A DNA stretch of 64,000 bases from Synergistaceae bacterium (GTDB taxonomy: Bacteria; Synergistota; Synergistia; Synergistales; Aminobacteriaceae), in contig JAFSSM010000022.1 in NCBI GenBank assembly GCA_017451025.1, forward strand, positions 5,420 through 69,419, given 5' to 3'. The notes under the pieces were generated by a model. It saw only the letters and a list, made by a program, of their open reading frames with translations. It did not search any database and was not told where the DNA came from. The first letter of the stretch is position 1. Every line of letters starts with the position of its first letter. This document shows, piece by piece, positions 25,778 to 34,614 of this stretch. The position numbers and the translations under genes are program-made.

Positions 25778-25779
25778 AT

Positions 25780-26070
25780 TTAACCTCCTGCATAGACATC
25801 CGGGCTCCCGGCCGCAACACTTGACCCGCACGCTACCGGGTCTCCTATTCTCCCTAACTGCATTCCGTTGCAGTACACCGTAGAACTTCCGGCCGCTAAC
25901 ACCGAAGCATGGCATTGCGGAACAGGGTTGCAGTGCACAGCCCACGAGTCGCCCTGCCGGTGAGCAGGTATGTTATTCACGAACACGTCGGGACTTCCTG
26001 ACGTTGAGGGTCTTGGCGGCCATGAATCATGTCCTGTGCAGTTATCGCCTAATCTGGTAACTGGCGGCAT
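25780..26070 (-). CDS. PAAR-domain spike-tip protein, inverted
   Basis: MPPVTRLGDNCTGHD...PAHRQGDSWAVH...GRIGDPVACGS (PAAR-type repeats). Confidence 0.75.
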   Translation of the reverse strand: MPPVTRLGDNCTGHDSWPPRPSTSGSPDVFVNNIPAHRQGDSWAVHCNPVPQCHASVLAAGSSTVYCNGMQLGRIGDPVACGSSVAAGSPDVYAGG

Positions 26071-26225
26071 GAACAATCACTCTCCTTTTTTGGGGATAAT
26101 TTTAGCGCAAAGGTCCCTCCAAAAACAGGAAGTATTTTCATTCTTTGAGTGTTCTCTAAATTGTACGAATACAACCAACAAATGCGAAAACTTTCATTTT
26201 TCAGCAAGGATGTGCTCACCAAAAA

Positions 26226-27362
26226 ATGACTAAGTCCGAATTATTCCCCACATTAAGCGAAATTGCCTTCGCAGAAAAAGACCCTGACACCATTACACGC
26301 GAAATCCTCTCGGTCTACGAACAGATTACAGGCAGAAATTTAGCCCGTGCGGACCCTGTCAGGTTATTCATCAATGCAATTACCCTGATAATCATTCAGC
26401 AGAGGAACTTAATCGATTACGCGGCAAAGCAAAATTTGCTGGCCTATGCTTCCGGAGATAACCTCGAACATATCGGCGCATTATTGGGAGTATCGCGATT
26501 AACCCCGACTAATTCATCCTGCAGGATGAAATTCACACTAAATTCCCCCTCCAGCAACGACAAGGTTATTCCTGCAGGTTTTAGGGTAAGTGCAGGAAAT
26601 GATGTGTTCGCATTGACGGAGGACTGTGTGATTTCCGGCGGAGAAGGTACCGGTTATGCCTCAGCGCGTGCACTGGCGGCCGGGTCAGGCATGAACGGAA
26701 TACTGCCAGGAGAGATTAACCAGTTAAGGGATATTCTGCCGTTCGGAGTGCAGTGCGAAAACGTAACAATCACTTCCGGGGGGAGCGATGCTGAAACTGA
26801 CGAGACATTCCGCGAAAGGATACAGATAGCTCCGGAAAGTTTTTCGAGCGCGGGCCCGAAACATGCCTACAAGTTTTACGCATTGAGTGCCAACACGGAC
26901 ATAGCAGATGTTGCGGTAATAGGTCCGCCGGTGATTGAGCCGGGTCATGTGGACATTTACCCGTTGATGTCCGGCGGAGAACTGCCGGATAATGAAGTTT
27001 TGGCGCAAGTGCTTGAAGTTTGCGGCAGAGATGATGTGAGGCCAGACACGGATTACGTGAGTGCGAAATGTCCTGTTGCCGTGAATTATGGCCTGCACGT
27101 GAAGTTCTGGATAGACGAGGGTAAGTCGTCGAGTGCGCTGTTATTGGCGGGACAGGTAGAAGCGGCGGCGGAGAACTGGGTGAAATGGCAGAAGGGAGTA
27201 TTGGGCAGGGACATAAACCCTTCGGAACTGGTGCACAGGATGATAGACGCGGGAGCCAAGAGGGTAGAAGTGATAGAGCCTGAATTTCAGGTGTTGGAGG
27301 ACTGGGAAGTGGGGATATGTGTTGAGAGCGAGGTTGAGTATATGGGACTGGAGAGAGGGTAG
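26226..27362 (+). CDS. Baseplate protein J (gpJ/gp47 family)
   Basis: 378 aa, positioned before the gpI-like gene. Sequence character typical of the baseplate J family. Confidence 0.75.
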   Translation: MTKSELFPTLSEIAFAEKDPDTITREILSVYEQITGRNLARADPVRLFINAITLIIIQQRNLIDYAAKQNLLAYASGDNLEHIGALLGVSRLTPTNSSCRMKFTLNSPSSNDKVIPAGFRVSAGNDVFALTEDCVISGGEGTGYASARALAAGSGMNGILPGEINQLRDILPFGVQCENVTITSGGSDAETDETFRERIQIAPESFSSAGPKHAYKFYALSANTDIADVAVIGPPVIEPGHVDIYPLMSGGELPDNEVLAQVLEVCGRDDVRPDTDYVSAKCPVAVNYGLHVKFWIDEGKSSSALLLAGQVEAAAENWVKWQKGVLGRDINPSELVHRMIDAGAKRVEVIEPEFQVLEDWEVGICVESEVEYMGLERG

Positions 27363-27379
27363 CATGAATACATCCACAT

Positions 27380-27775
27380 CTATTTTCCTGCGGTGAATGG
27401 TTGAGACCCCGTAATTTCCTTCACTATCCTGATTACTTCACTCGGTGTAAGGGATGAGTCAGGGCGTACCTCACGCTTTTCCTTGCGGTCAGACGCTATC
27501 CACAGATATATTCCCGTAAAGATGCCCAGTGCCGCGAGGAATATACCGATTGCTCCAAGCACCCAATATACCGCCGTCGCAAGTGTGTCTATTCTGCCGA
27601 GAATTAATGCCTGGCCATTCTCTAATGCACCGGCACGTGCCTCTAAGCCCCCTAATCTCTGCTCTATTCCGTCAAGCCGTTTCAATACTTCCGGCTGGTA
27701 ACTCTGCCCTGACTGCTGGAGTACATATACTCTGCCGTCTATCTCTGCCGTTATTTCTCTGTCAGCACTGTCCAT
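27380..27775 (-). CDS. Bitopic membrane protein (131 aa), antisense pair member 2
   Basis: AGGAGG SD. MDSADREI..., TM VYWVLGAIGIFLAALGIFTGIYLWI, C-terminal SLTPSEVIRIV. Paralog of 27789-28133. Confidence 0.6.
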   Translation of the reverse strand: MDSADREITAEIDGRVYVLQQSGQSYQPEVLKRLDGIEQRLGGLEARAGALENGQALILGRIDTLATAVYWVLGAIGIFLAALGIFTGIYLWIASDRKEKREVRPDSSLTPSEVIRIVKEITGSQPFTAGK

Positions 27776-27788
27776 GAATGTACCTCCT

Positions 27789-28133
27789 CTATTTCCCCAT
27801 GCTCTGGAGACGTGAATTTATACCCTCGTTAATCATCTTCATTACCTCGCTAGGTGTAAGTGAAGGTTCCGGCTTGGGTTCCGGCTCCGGTTTTCTGCGA
27901 AGCCCCGGCAGAACTGCCAGTGCCGCAAGGAATATCCCAATAACTGCCAATTCCCAATACACACTGGTCTGCAGATTAGCTATATCATGCTGAAGTATTA
28001 CCTGACCCTCACGCAGATAACCTATCTCTGTATGCATCGACGATATTTCCTGTTTCTGCCGTGCCTGCTCGGCCTCAATCGCTGCAACCTTGCCGTAAAG
28101 TTCTATTAATATCTCTCTGTCTGTACTCTCCAT
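27789..28133 (-). CDS. Bitopic membrane protein (114 aa), antisense pair member 1
   Basis: AGGAG SD. MESTDREI..., TM VYWELAVIGIFLAALAVLPGL, PEPEPKPEP linker, SLTPSEVMKMI. Confidence 0.6.
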   Translation of the reverse strand: MESTDREILIELYGKVAAIEAEQARQKQEISSMHTEIGYLREGQVILQHDIANLQTSVYWELAVIGIFLAALAVLPGLRRKPEPEPKPEPSLTPSEVMKMINEGINSRLQSMGK

Positions 28134-28151
28134 AATTCATAACTCCTTTTT

Positions 28152-28177
28152 TTGGGGGGATAGTTAATTTTATCATG
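28152..28177 (-). promoter_or_regulatory. Conserved module, copy D (minus strand TGATAAAAT-N7-CCCCCCAA; overlaps gpI ATG)
   Basis: Plus strand TTGGGGGGATAGTTAATTTTATCATG. Confidence 0.4.
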
Positions 28178-29185
28178 AATACACTGCTCTCACATAACCT
28201 CGAAACACTCACGCCGAATAACCTCATTGCTGACGAAAATATCTCCGCTCTCGCCAAAGCTATTGACCCTCAGCTGGCATTAACCGCTAATGCCTCCTTT
28301 GAGGCGATGATACTTCCACGAATTGACGAACTGCCTGAACAAGTGCTTGACCTTCTTGCGTGGCAGATGCACGTCGATTTCTACGACTTGGCCTATTCCC
28401 CCGAAATTAAGCGCAAGGCAGTCAAAGGCTCCCTGTTGTGGCACATGAAGAAAGGGACCGTCCAGGCCATAATCGAAGCGTTGAACCTCATAGACATTCA
28501 GGGAACGTTCATTCACTGGAAGGACATTCCTGACGGAAAACCGTACACGTTCAGCATTACGGCAATAGTAGCGGGAGATTTTTACCGTACGCGCGGCAAA
28601 GACAGGCTTGCGTCGTCAATCCGCCGTGCAGTCAATGACGCAAAAGCTGAGCGTTCATACCTGGCAAGCCTGGACATCCGCATAGAACCGAAGGAAAGCA
28701 TGAGCCTGTATCCTGCGTTTCTGTGGGTGAGGAATTACGATATAAGTTTAGGAGTTGAGAAGAAGGAAATGCATGAATTACTCTTGCTGTTTGAACAGCG
28801 GATAATCGATAAGTTAGTGTCATACGGGGAACGTTTTACGGAGAAGATGGACAGTTTTTCGCGGGACCTGACCCAAAAATTGGCGGAGAATGAGCGCAAT
28901 ATTCTGGCACGTGTTGAGGAATACGAGTCGAACGTCGGTGCAAGGATAGATGATTGCGAGGAAGGGACTGCACGCCGTATTCAGGCGTGTGAAGAGGAAA
29001 CGGCGCGCCGCATAGCCAATTGCGAGACACAGACAGCTAACCGCATACAGAGCTACGAGAACCGCGTAATGGTACGGATAAACTGCTATGAACGTGATTT
29101 GCAGGCGGGTATGTCCCAGCTTGTAGACGAAGTGCACACTCTGCGCGAAATGCTGTTGTGGAAGGGAGCAGGGGATAGGGATTAA
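28175..29185 (+). CDS. Tail protein I (P2 gpI family) with repeat-rich C-terminal extension
   Basis: LPEQVLDLLAWQMHVDFYDLAYSPEIKRKAVKGSLLWHMKKGTVQAI. C-terminus carries ARRIQACEEETARRIANCETQTANRIQSYE repeats. Confidence 0.7.
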   Translation: MNTLLSHNLETLTPNNLIADENISALAKAIDPQLALTANASFEAMILPRIDELPEQVLDLLAWQMHVDFYDLAYSPEIKRKAVKGSLLWHMKKGTVQAIIEALNLIDIQGTFIHWKDIPDGKPYTFSITAIVAGDFYRTRGKDRLASSIRRAVNDAKAERSYLASLDIRIEPKESMSLYPAFLWVRNYDISLGVEKKEMHELLLLFEQRIIDKLVSYGERFTEKMDSFSRDLTQKLAENERNILARVEEYESNVGARIDDCEEGTARRIQACEEETARRIANCETQTANRIQSYENRVMVRINCYERDLQAGMSQLVDEVHTLREMLLWKGAGDRD

Positions 29186-29203
29186 AGGAGGCTTTCAACA
29201 AAA

Positions 29204-29935
29204 ATGATGACACTCACTAATTCAGGCCGTAACCTTCTCGCACGTGCCATCCTCGGCCAAGAACTCAAATTTACGCGAGGCTGTATCGGCGACGGCGAAA
29301 TTCCGGACAGCACCGACGAAAAATCCTTAACCGCCCTCATCCATAACCGCAAGATGCTCGAAATTACTGCCCTCCGTACCGCAAACGAAATCGGTACCGC
29401 CGAGTTAGAGTTCGAGACCGACAACCGAGACATGCCCGCAGGCTTCTTCGTGCGAGAATACGGACTTTACGCATTGGACCCTGAATCAGGGCATGATATA
29501 CTTTACGCGTACTGCAACAAACGTGATGAAGCTCCGTATATCGAGGCGTTCAACGGTACCGACATAATCACGTTCACACTAACTTTTCTGACAGTGATAG
29601 AGCAGTCGCCTAACGTTACTGCAGCTATCACGAACACCAACCAATACGTAACACATAGCCGGCTGGACCAGCATTTAACGGCTGTCTGGCAGAACATAGA
29701 GAGCCTGAACCTCCGGGTACACACAATCACAAAGACAATACTTGACCTCGTGAGGTCCGACCTATGGGGAACGGCTGACATCATCAAAGTCATTAAAGAC
29801 CTCGAAGCTGTGCAGGATGAAGTTGACATGAACACTTCAGCCCTGTTAGCGCAAAGCAGAAGCATTCTGTGGGGAACAGCCAACAACTTCAACGCAGAAA
29901 GGAGACTGCGGGCACTTGAAGAGAAGATACACTAA
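29204..29935 (+). CDS. Tail fibre protein with N-terminal tail-collar (gpH N-terminal-like) domain
   Basis: LTNSGRNLLARAILGQELKFTRGCIGDGEIP...AELEFETDNRDMPAGFFVREYGLYA. Confidence 0.7.
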   Translation: MMTLTNSGRNLLARAILGQELKFTRGCIGDGEIPDSTDEKSLTALIHNRKMLEITALRTANEIGTAELEFETDNRDMPAGFFVREYGLYALDPESGHDILYAYCNKRDEAPYIEAFNGTDIITFTLTFLTVIEQSPNVTAAITNTNQYVTHSRLDQHLTAVWQNIESLNLRVHTITKTILDLVRSDLWGTADIIKVIKDLEAVQDEVDMNTSALLAQSRSILWGTANNFNAERRLRALEEKIH

Positions 29936-29956
29936 ACCTTTCGTGCCTATTACAAA

Positions 29957-30658
29957 ATGAGCTACTTATCAGTAAAGTATGTACCTGACGCTTCGCTTCT
30001 GCCCGCAACTCTTGTTGAAGGCAGGCTGTATTTTGTCGGCGATGAACAGGTAATCATCTTAGACAGCGGCGACGGCCCGAAGATATACGGAGCGGCCTCA
30101 GCACCCGCAGTCTACTATCACACAGACAGCTCGCCGTCCCTCAAAGAACAGATAGATGCACTTGCCGAAGCAGACCTGAATGCAGGGCTGAACTACTGGG
30201 CAGAAAGCGTGAGGACGCGGCGCGAAATTTCCCGGCTGGAAGCACGGATTGAGCTATTAACGTCAAGACTGCAGGAACAGGCCACGAGCAACGCAGAAGG
30301 CATTCTGCAATTGGAGCAGGCGATTCAGGCAGAGGCAGACAAGACAGACAACGAGATAGCCGCGCTCGCAAAAACAATAACAAAATTCCATCCCTATGCA
30401 GAAGATTCAGGAAGCAGTTATGACCCGTCAGCCGATGACCCGCTCGACAATGAGACACTCGCCACCGACGCAGGGTCATGGACAATCCAGCAGACATACA
30501 ACGCCGACGGGACAGTAACGTACGAACTGACAGCACAGGAGTTATACATAGACACACTAACCGTAGGAGATACCGTGAATTACGACGGGCAGGCCTGGAC
30601 GGTAACGAATTACCAGAAGGGCGAGAACGGAGTAATCACGCTCTCAATAAATCAATAG
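29957..30658 (+). CDS. Tail fibre-associated protein, hypothetical
   Basis: 233 aa with a central coiled coil, inside the fibre gene block. Confidence 0.45.
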   Translation: MSYLSVKYVPDASLLPATLVEGRLYFVGDEQVIILDSGDGPKIYGAASAPAVYYHTDSSPSLKEQIDALAEADLNAGLNYWAESVRTRREISRLEARIELLTSRLQEQATSNAEGILQLEQAIQAEADKTDNEIAALAKTITKFHPYAEDSGSSYDPSADDPLDNETLATDAGSWTIQQTYNADGTVTYELTAQELYIDTLTVGDTVNYDGQAWTVTNYQKGENGVITLSINQ

Positions 30659-30670
30659 GAGGAAAAGAGT

Positions 30671-31120
30671 ATGCCTGCATACGGAATTAACGGAACAACC
30701 CTTAACCTTGAGCACCTGGTCTTCAAGTGCAACAACGCGGCCAGCTGGAGCGCAGACTATGTACTTGCGGCTGGAGAACTCGGCATTGAGCTTGACACCA
30801 AGAAGGTGAAGCTCGGCGACGGCACAACGCAGTGGAGCGAGCTGGCCTACTACAGCGACCCGGTAGTAAGCGGGCTTGTAGAGACCCTGACCGGCCGTGT
30901 AACCACAGCGGAAGGCACCCTTACATCTCTCGGTACGCGCATGGACACCGCTGAAGGGAATATCACATCGCACGGAACGAGGCTTGACACAGCGGAGGGA
31001 GACATCGGCGCACTGGAGACCCGTGCAACGGCAATTGAGGGAGTGAACACAACGCAGAACGGGAGGTTAGACGCGCTCGAGGCCGTAACGACCATCAGCG
31101 CAAATCCCTTTTCTGCATAA
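30671..31120 (+). CDS. Tail fibre repeat protein
   Basis: AGGAGG SD. Repeats TAEGTLTSLGTRMDTAEGNITSHGTRLDTAEGDIGALETRATAIEG. Confidence 0.55.
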   Translation: MPAYGINGTTLNLEHLVFKCNNAASWSADYVLAAGELGIELDTKKVKLGDGTTQWSELAYYSDPVVSGLVETLTGRVTTAEGTLTSLGTRMDTAEGNITSHGTRLDTAEGDIGALETRATAIEGVNTTQNGRLDALEAVTTISANPFSA

Positions 31121-31316
31121 CTGGGAAGCCACGCTCAACAGAATCACAGCATTAGAGACGTTAGCGCAGTCAATTAACGGAGTGACCAGTGCCGTAATCG
31201 ACAATATAGGAATAGCGCGTGACGTGTAGTGCTGTATAATTTAGGGGATAAGCCTGAACGGCAGAAAATGCCAGGGGTTTATCCCCTCTTTTTTATATCA
31301 GGAAAGGAGTTTTTGC

Positions 31317-32762
31317 ATGGGCAACTATACCCGGTGGTACAGAGTAGGTGCGGCAGCACTTACCCAGAACAGCAAGACGGTCTTAGGGACCGATACGTAC
31401 TGGCTTACTGCGGGCCTGAATCCCGGAGATTTATTCACGACAGACGGAGCGCAGTTTTACGAGATAGACTCAATCACTGACAACAGCACCCTAGTGTTAA
31501 AGACGGCATATGCGGGGAGCACGAACGCCGAAAGTTCGTACAGCATAATCCGTAACTTCACGGCAACGATGCCTGCCGATATTGCGGCAAGAACGGCGGA
31601 ACTGCTCGGGGATTTCCGGAAATACATCGATACGGACATGAGGAGCATACACGGCAAGAGTGCATATGAGCTTGCGGTGGACCAGGGGTATACCGGAACG
31701 CTGACGCAGTGGCTTGAAGAATTGAAGGCGGCGCAGGAATGGACAAGCCTGAGGAGCGAGGTGCAGGCGATGGACGCGAAGTACGCGGCAATCGTGGAGC
31801 CGTTTACCAGTGCCACGTCGAAGGACTACGCACACGGCTTCAACCGGAACCTGATGTACCGGGGCAAGTGCTTGGGGGACAAGATAACGGCGGCCCAGCT
31901 TGACGCAATCTACAACGGAACGTTCGAGGACATGTATCTTGGGGACTACTGGAAAGGCGTGGGGGAGTGGAGCAATCTTACCTGGATGATAGTGCACTTC
32001 AACTACGAGGCGGAACTGTGGGAGGCATTCAGCACCGCGTACAGCGGGTACTACTACATAGTCCGCAACGACAGCTCCGTTCCTCAGCGCACCCGCGATG
32101 CCTATACTTACTGGCCGCAGTGGGGCGGAACGTACAGCTGGCGGACACCGAACCACATCACGGTAATGCAGATGCGTATCCCGCAGGCGAGCACGGGGTG
32201 GGCGTACGCGTCCGGGTGGGCGAGCGGCGAGGATGTGCGCATTCACCGGTGGTTCGAGTACACGGCGGACAGAACGCAGAGTTTCAGCGACAGGCTGCTG
32301 GAGAAGGCGATAGACCCGACGTTCGGGTACAGCCACGTGATGCCGTGCGAGGGCAAAGTGTACCGCTACGACGCGAACGGCTACGCGGGGACCTACGGCG
32401 CCAACTACGCCATGTGCTACCCTCCCGAGTACGAACAGCTGTACGGGTACGTGCCTGAGAGCACGGACGGCAAGATACACGCCGGGGACTGGGCTGCCTC
32501 CAAGTACCACTATTCGCGTCAGTTTGCGGCATTCCGGGCGCGTCCGTTTTCGTGGTGGGGCGAGGACGCGGCGCACAGCAAGTTCTGGCTTGCGGACATG
32601 GTGGGACCTGCGGGCGACGGTACGCCGACGGCCCTTCTGGGGTACAAGGGCAACAACAACAACACGCCATCGTTCACGCGGAAGAAGATAACGGAGACGA
32701 TGAGCGGGGCGGGGTGGCGTGCGTGGTGCAACATTGCGGGGAACAGTGCGCTGACGGACTAA
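31317..32762 (+). CDS. Tail fibre / receptor-binding protein candidate
   Basis: 481 aa with AAGGAG SD. GC-rich distal half; last large gene of the fibre block. Confidence 0.55.
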   Translation: MGNYTRWYRVGAAALTQNSKTVLGTDTYWLTAGLNPGDLFTTDGAQFYEIDSITDNSTLVLKTAYAGSTNAESSYSIIRNFTATMPADIAARTAELLGDFRKYIDTDMRSIHGKSAYELAVDQGYTGTLTQWLEELKAAQEWTSLRSEVQAMDAKYAAIVEPFTSATSKDYAHGFNRNLMYRGKCLGDKITAAQLDAIYNGTFEDMYLGDYWKGVGEWSNLTWMIVHFNYEAELWEAFSTAYSGYYYIVRNDSSVPQRTRDAYTYWPQWGGTYSWRTPNHITVMQMRIPQASTGWAYASGWASGEDVRIHRWFEYTADRTQSFSDRLLEKAIDPTFGYSHVMPCEGKVYRYDANGYAGTYGANYAMCYPPEYEQLYGYVPESTDGKIHAGDWAASKYHYSRQFAAFRARPFSWWGEDAAHSKFWLADMVGPAGDGTPTALLGYKGNNNNTPSFTRKKITETMSGAGWRAWCNIAGNSALTD

Positions 32763-32768
32763 GGAGGA

Positions 32769-33101
32769 ATGAGTGATATGCGCGAGATGATGAGTGAGTT
32801 TGACCTGACGCTGAGCAACGGTGAGACGTTGAGGTGCTGGGGGTATGCCGGGGGGAATGCGTTTGAGTATGACGGGGAACTTGGGCGTGAGAAGTTTGCG
32901 GGTGGTTTGCGTGAAGTAGTGTTGAAGCGCGCGGGCAGTGAGGAGAGCGAGACATTGAGGAATGCAGTACTGGATTACTGCGAGACGCGTGAGGGAGTGA
33001 CGTACTTCAGTGTGCGTGAACTGGGGTATGAGGAGCGGAAGATGGAAGAATTGCGTGGGAATGTGGAATACATAGCGATGATGACGGGAGTTGAGCTGTA
33101 A
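32769..33101 (+). CDS. Hypothetical protein (XkdW-position)
   Basis: 110-aa acidic ORF immediately before the XkdX-like ORF. Confidence 0.4.
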   Translation: MSDMREMMSEFDLTLSNGETLRCWGYAGGNAFEYDGELGREKFAGGLREVVLKRAGSEESETLRNAVLDYCETREGVTYFSVRELGYEERKMEELRGNVEYIAMMTGVEL

Positions 33102-33238
33102 TGAGGAAGTTTGCGGAGATGGTATCGAGGTACTACGATGCGGGGATATGGAGCAAGGAGAGGGTGAAGGACTCAGTAATGAGAGGGAAACTGAGTCCTG
33201 AGGAGTACCGGGAGATAACTGGGGAGGAGTATGAATGA
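33101..33238 (+). CDS. XkdX-like small phage protein (45 aa, below ORF-track cutoff)
   Basis: MRKFAEMVSRYYDAGIWSKERVKDSVMRGKLSPEEYREITGEEYE. The C-terminal (I/L)(T/S)xEEYxEITGE signature is XkdX-like. Confidence 0.6.
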   Translation: MRKFAEMVSRYYDAGIWSKERVKDSVMRGKLSPEEYREITGEEYE

Positions 33239-33252
33239 GTAAGTAGAAAATG

Positions 33253-34065
33253 CTATTGAGTTGAAGAGGCAGACGTGATATAGTAAGCATCACCGAGTAA
33301 GAATGACAAGTGAATATGTCTTATGCCGAAGCGGGAGAGAGGGAAGTCGAACCTAGTGGGGTCACTAGGAGAGATGGAGCGGAAGGCATGAGAGACAGAG
33401 GAGGCAGCGAGCAGGTCGTGGGACTTGCGGTTTGAGAGGTGAAGCAGCGAGGAGATTCGGTGCATGTGCACGTCCAACGGTATTAGCAGGTCGCGCTTAT
33501 CCATAATTTCCCAGCCGCCAGGATCTACGTCAATATCCCTTACCATCCACTTTAAATATAAGAATAATCTCTTACATGCACTGCCGTCACGAGGAGCACT
33601 CACCAACGAAAATGATCCGTCCTTCTTGTTCTGCGATAACCTGTCAGAAAATTTGTCCATACCAGAAAATAAATCACCCCCTGAACTCTTCAAACATTCT
33701 CCAGCAAACGCTTCGATACTGCCGTATTCCTTGAGCACCCCTGTTACGTTCGCAAGCAGATTGTTCATGTCATATGCTGTCGTAAACCTGTGCTTAAAAC
33801 TCGAAGGCACTACCTCAAAATCCTTATTCTTCAGCAAAAATTCACGGGGCCTGTCCCCTAAACACGAAAGCACCTTATCCACACTCTTCATTATCTGTGC
33901 TACACGTCCGTACGCAAGTGATGACGCTATCAGTCCCGTAATTTCCCTGTCCCTGACATCACTATAGCTGTACAGGAAATAAAGCGGGTCAGGGTTCACA
34001 AGCTCACGGCGCGCGTACACATAATACATCCCCTCAAGAAATGCCTTCAGTTTAACTTTATCCAT
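33253..34065 (-). CDS. TIGR02757/DUF2400-family protein
   Basis: MDKVKLKAFLEGMYYVYARRELVNPDPLYFLYSY...REITGLIASSLAYGRV. ATG at 34065 with GGGAGGAA SD. Confidence 0.7.
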   Translation of the reverse strand: MDKVKLKAFLEGMYYVYARRELVNPDPLYFLYSYSDVRDREITGLIASSLAYGRVAQIMKSVDKVLSCLGDRPREFLLKNKDFEVVPSSFKHRFTTAYDMNNLLANVTGVLKEYGSIEAFAGECLKSSGGDLFSGMDKFSDRLSQNKKDGSFSLVSAPRDGSACKRLFLYLKWMVRDIDVDPGGWEIMDKRDLLIPLDVHMHRISSLLHLSNRKSHDLLAASSVSHAFRSISPSDPTRFDFPLSRFGIRHIHLSFLLGDAYYITSASSTQ

Positions 34066-34081
34066 AACGGTTATTCCTCCC

Positions 34082-34112
34082 AAAAAAGAAAGAGGGAGCT
34101 TCCGCAGCTCCC
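34082..34112 (-). terminator. Rho-independent terminator after the ferritin gene
   Basis: Minus strand GGGAGCT-gcgga-AGCTCCC followed by TCTTTCTTTTTT. Confidence 0.7.
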
Positions 34113-34122
34113 CCGATTATTC

Positions 34123-34611
34123 CTAGCGCAAAGCCAGTTCACGGTCAACCGTGTACACTCCATGCTTGTCCGTGCCCAAAAATTCCAGCTTCGACACAAT
34201 ACTTCCGGTGTTGTCTTCCTCTTCCATCTGCTCGTCAACAAACCACTGAAGCATTGACTGCGTAGCGTAATCCTTCTCCTCAATTGCCAAATCCACCAGC
34301 TTGTAGATGCGGGAAGTTACGTACTGCTCATGCGCATACGCCGTCCTGAACACATCAAGTGCATCTGCATAGCTCTCCTTCGGCTTGGCCACGTCCGGAA
34401 TTATCACACGTGCACCGCGTTCGTAAAGATAGCTGATGAATTTTTCGGCATGTTCAACTTCTTCGGAATACTGCTTCTTCATCCAGCTGGCCATTCCGTC
34501 CAGGCCCTCAGCCTTGAAGTACGCAGACATCGCCAGATAAATATACGCCGAGTCCAGTTCTGCCTTGATCTGGTCGTTGATGGCAGAAACCATCGCGTCA
34601 GAAATTCTCAC
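34123..34611 (-). CDS. ftn: Ferritin (non-haem)
   Basis: INDQIKAELDSAYIYLAMSAYF...WMKKQYSEEVEHAEKFISYL. Confidence 0.9.
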   Translation of the reverse strand: MRISDAMVSAINDQIKAELDSAYIYLAMSAYFKAEGLDGMASWMKKQYSEEVEHAEKFISYLYERGARVIIPDVAKPKESYADALDVFRTAYAHEQYVTSRIYKLVDLAIEEKDYATQSMLQWFVDEQMEEEDNTGSIVSKLEFLGTDKHGVYTVDRELALR

Positions 34612-34614
34612 CTG

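Larger units (their letters stand above)
1..33250. mobile_element. Prophage / phage-derived region (early genes, lambda-type head, contractile tail); left end outside the window, right end approximate
   Basis: Continuous run of recognisable phage genes from the primase (1-1311) to an XkdX-like ORF (33101-33238). Housekeeping-type genes begin at 33253. Confidence 0.85.

Noticed and set aside
24880-26110. Active invertible segment (Gin/Cin-type) around the inverted PAAR-U-V block
   Set aside because: I saw no inverted repeats at the two boundaries and no recombinase gene nearby. I treated it as a fixed inversion.
31317-32762. Diversity-generating retroelement targeting the fibre gene (suggested by the GC-rich, repeat-like distal region)
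   Set aside because: I found no reverse transcriptase ORF and no template/variable repeat pair anywhere in the prophage part of the window.
31497-33293. 598-aa minus-strand ORF, the longest antisense ORF in the window
   Set aside because: It lies antisense to the GC-rich tail-fibre gene 31317-32762 and neighbours. The translation is Arg/Pro/Ala/His-rich low-complexity sequence with no SD. This is a typical shadow ORF of a GC-rich coding region.
33321-33380. tRNA-like GGTTCGAC T-loop-like string near the prophage junction (minus strand), considered as a tRNA attachment site
   Set aside because: I could not build an acceptor stem or anticodon arm. The string lies inside the DUF2400 coding frame (DPTRFDFPL), so the resemblance looks fortuitous.
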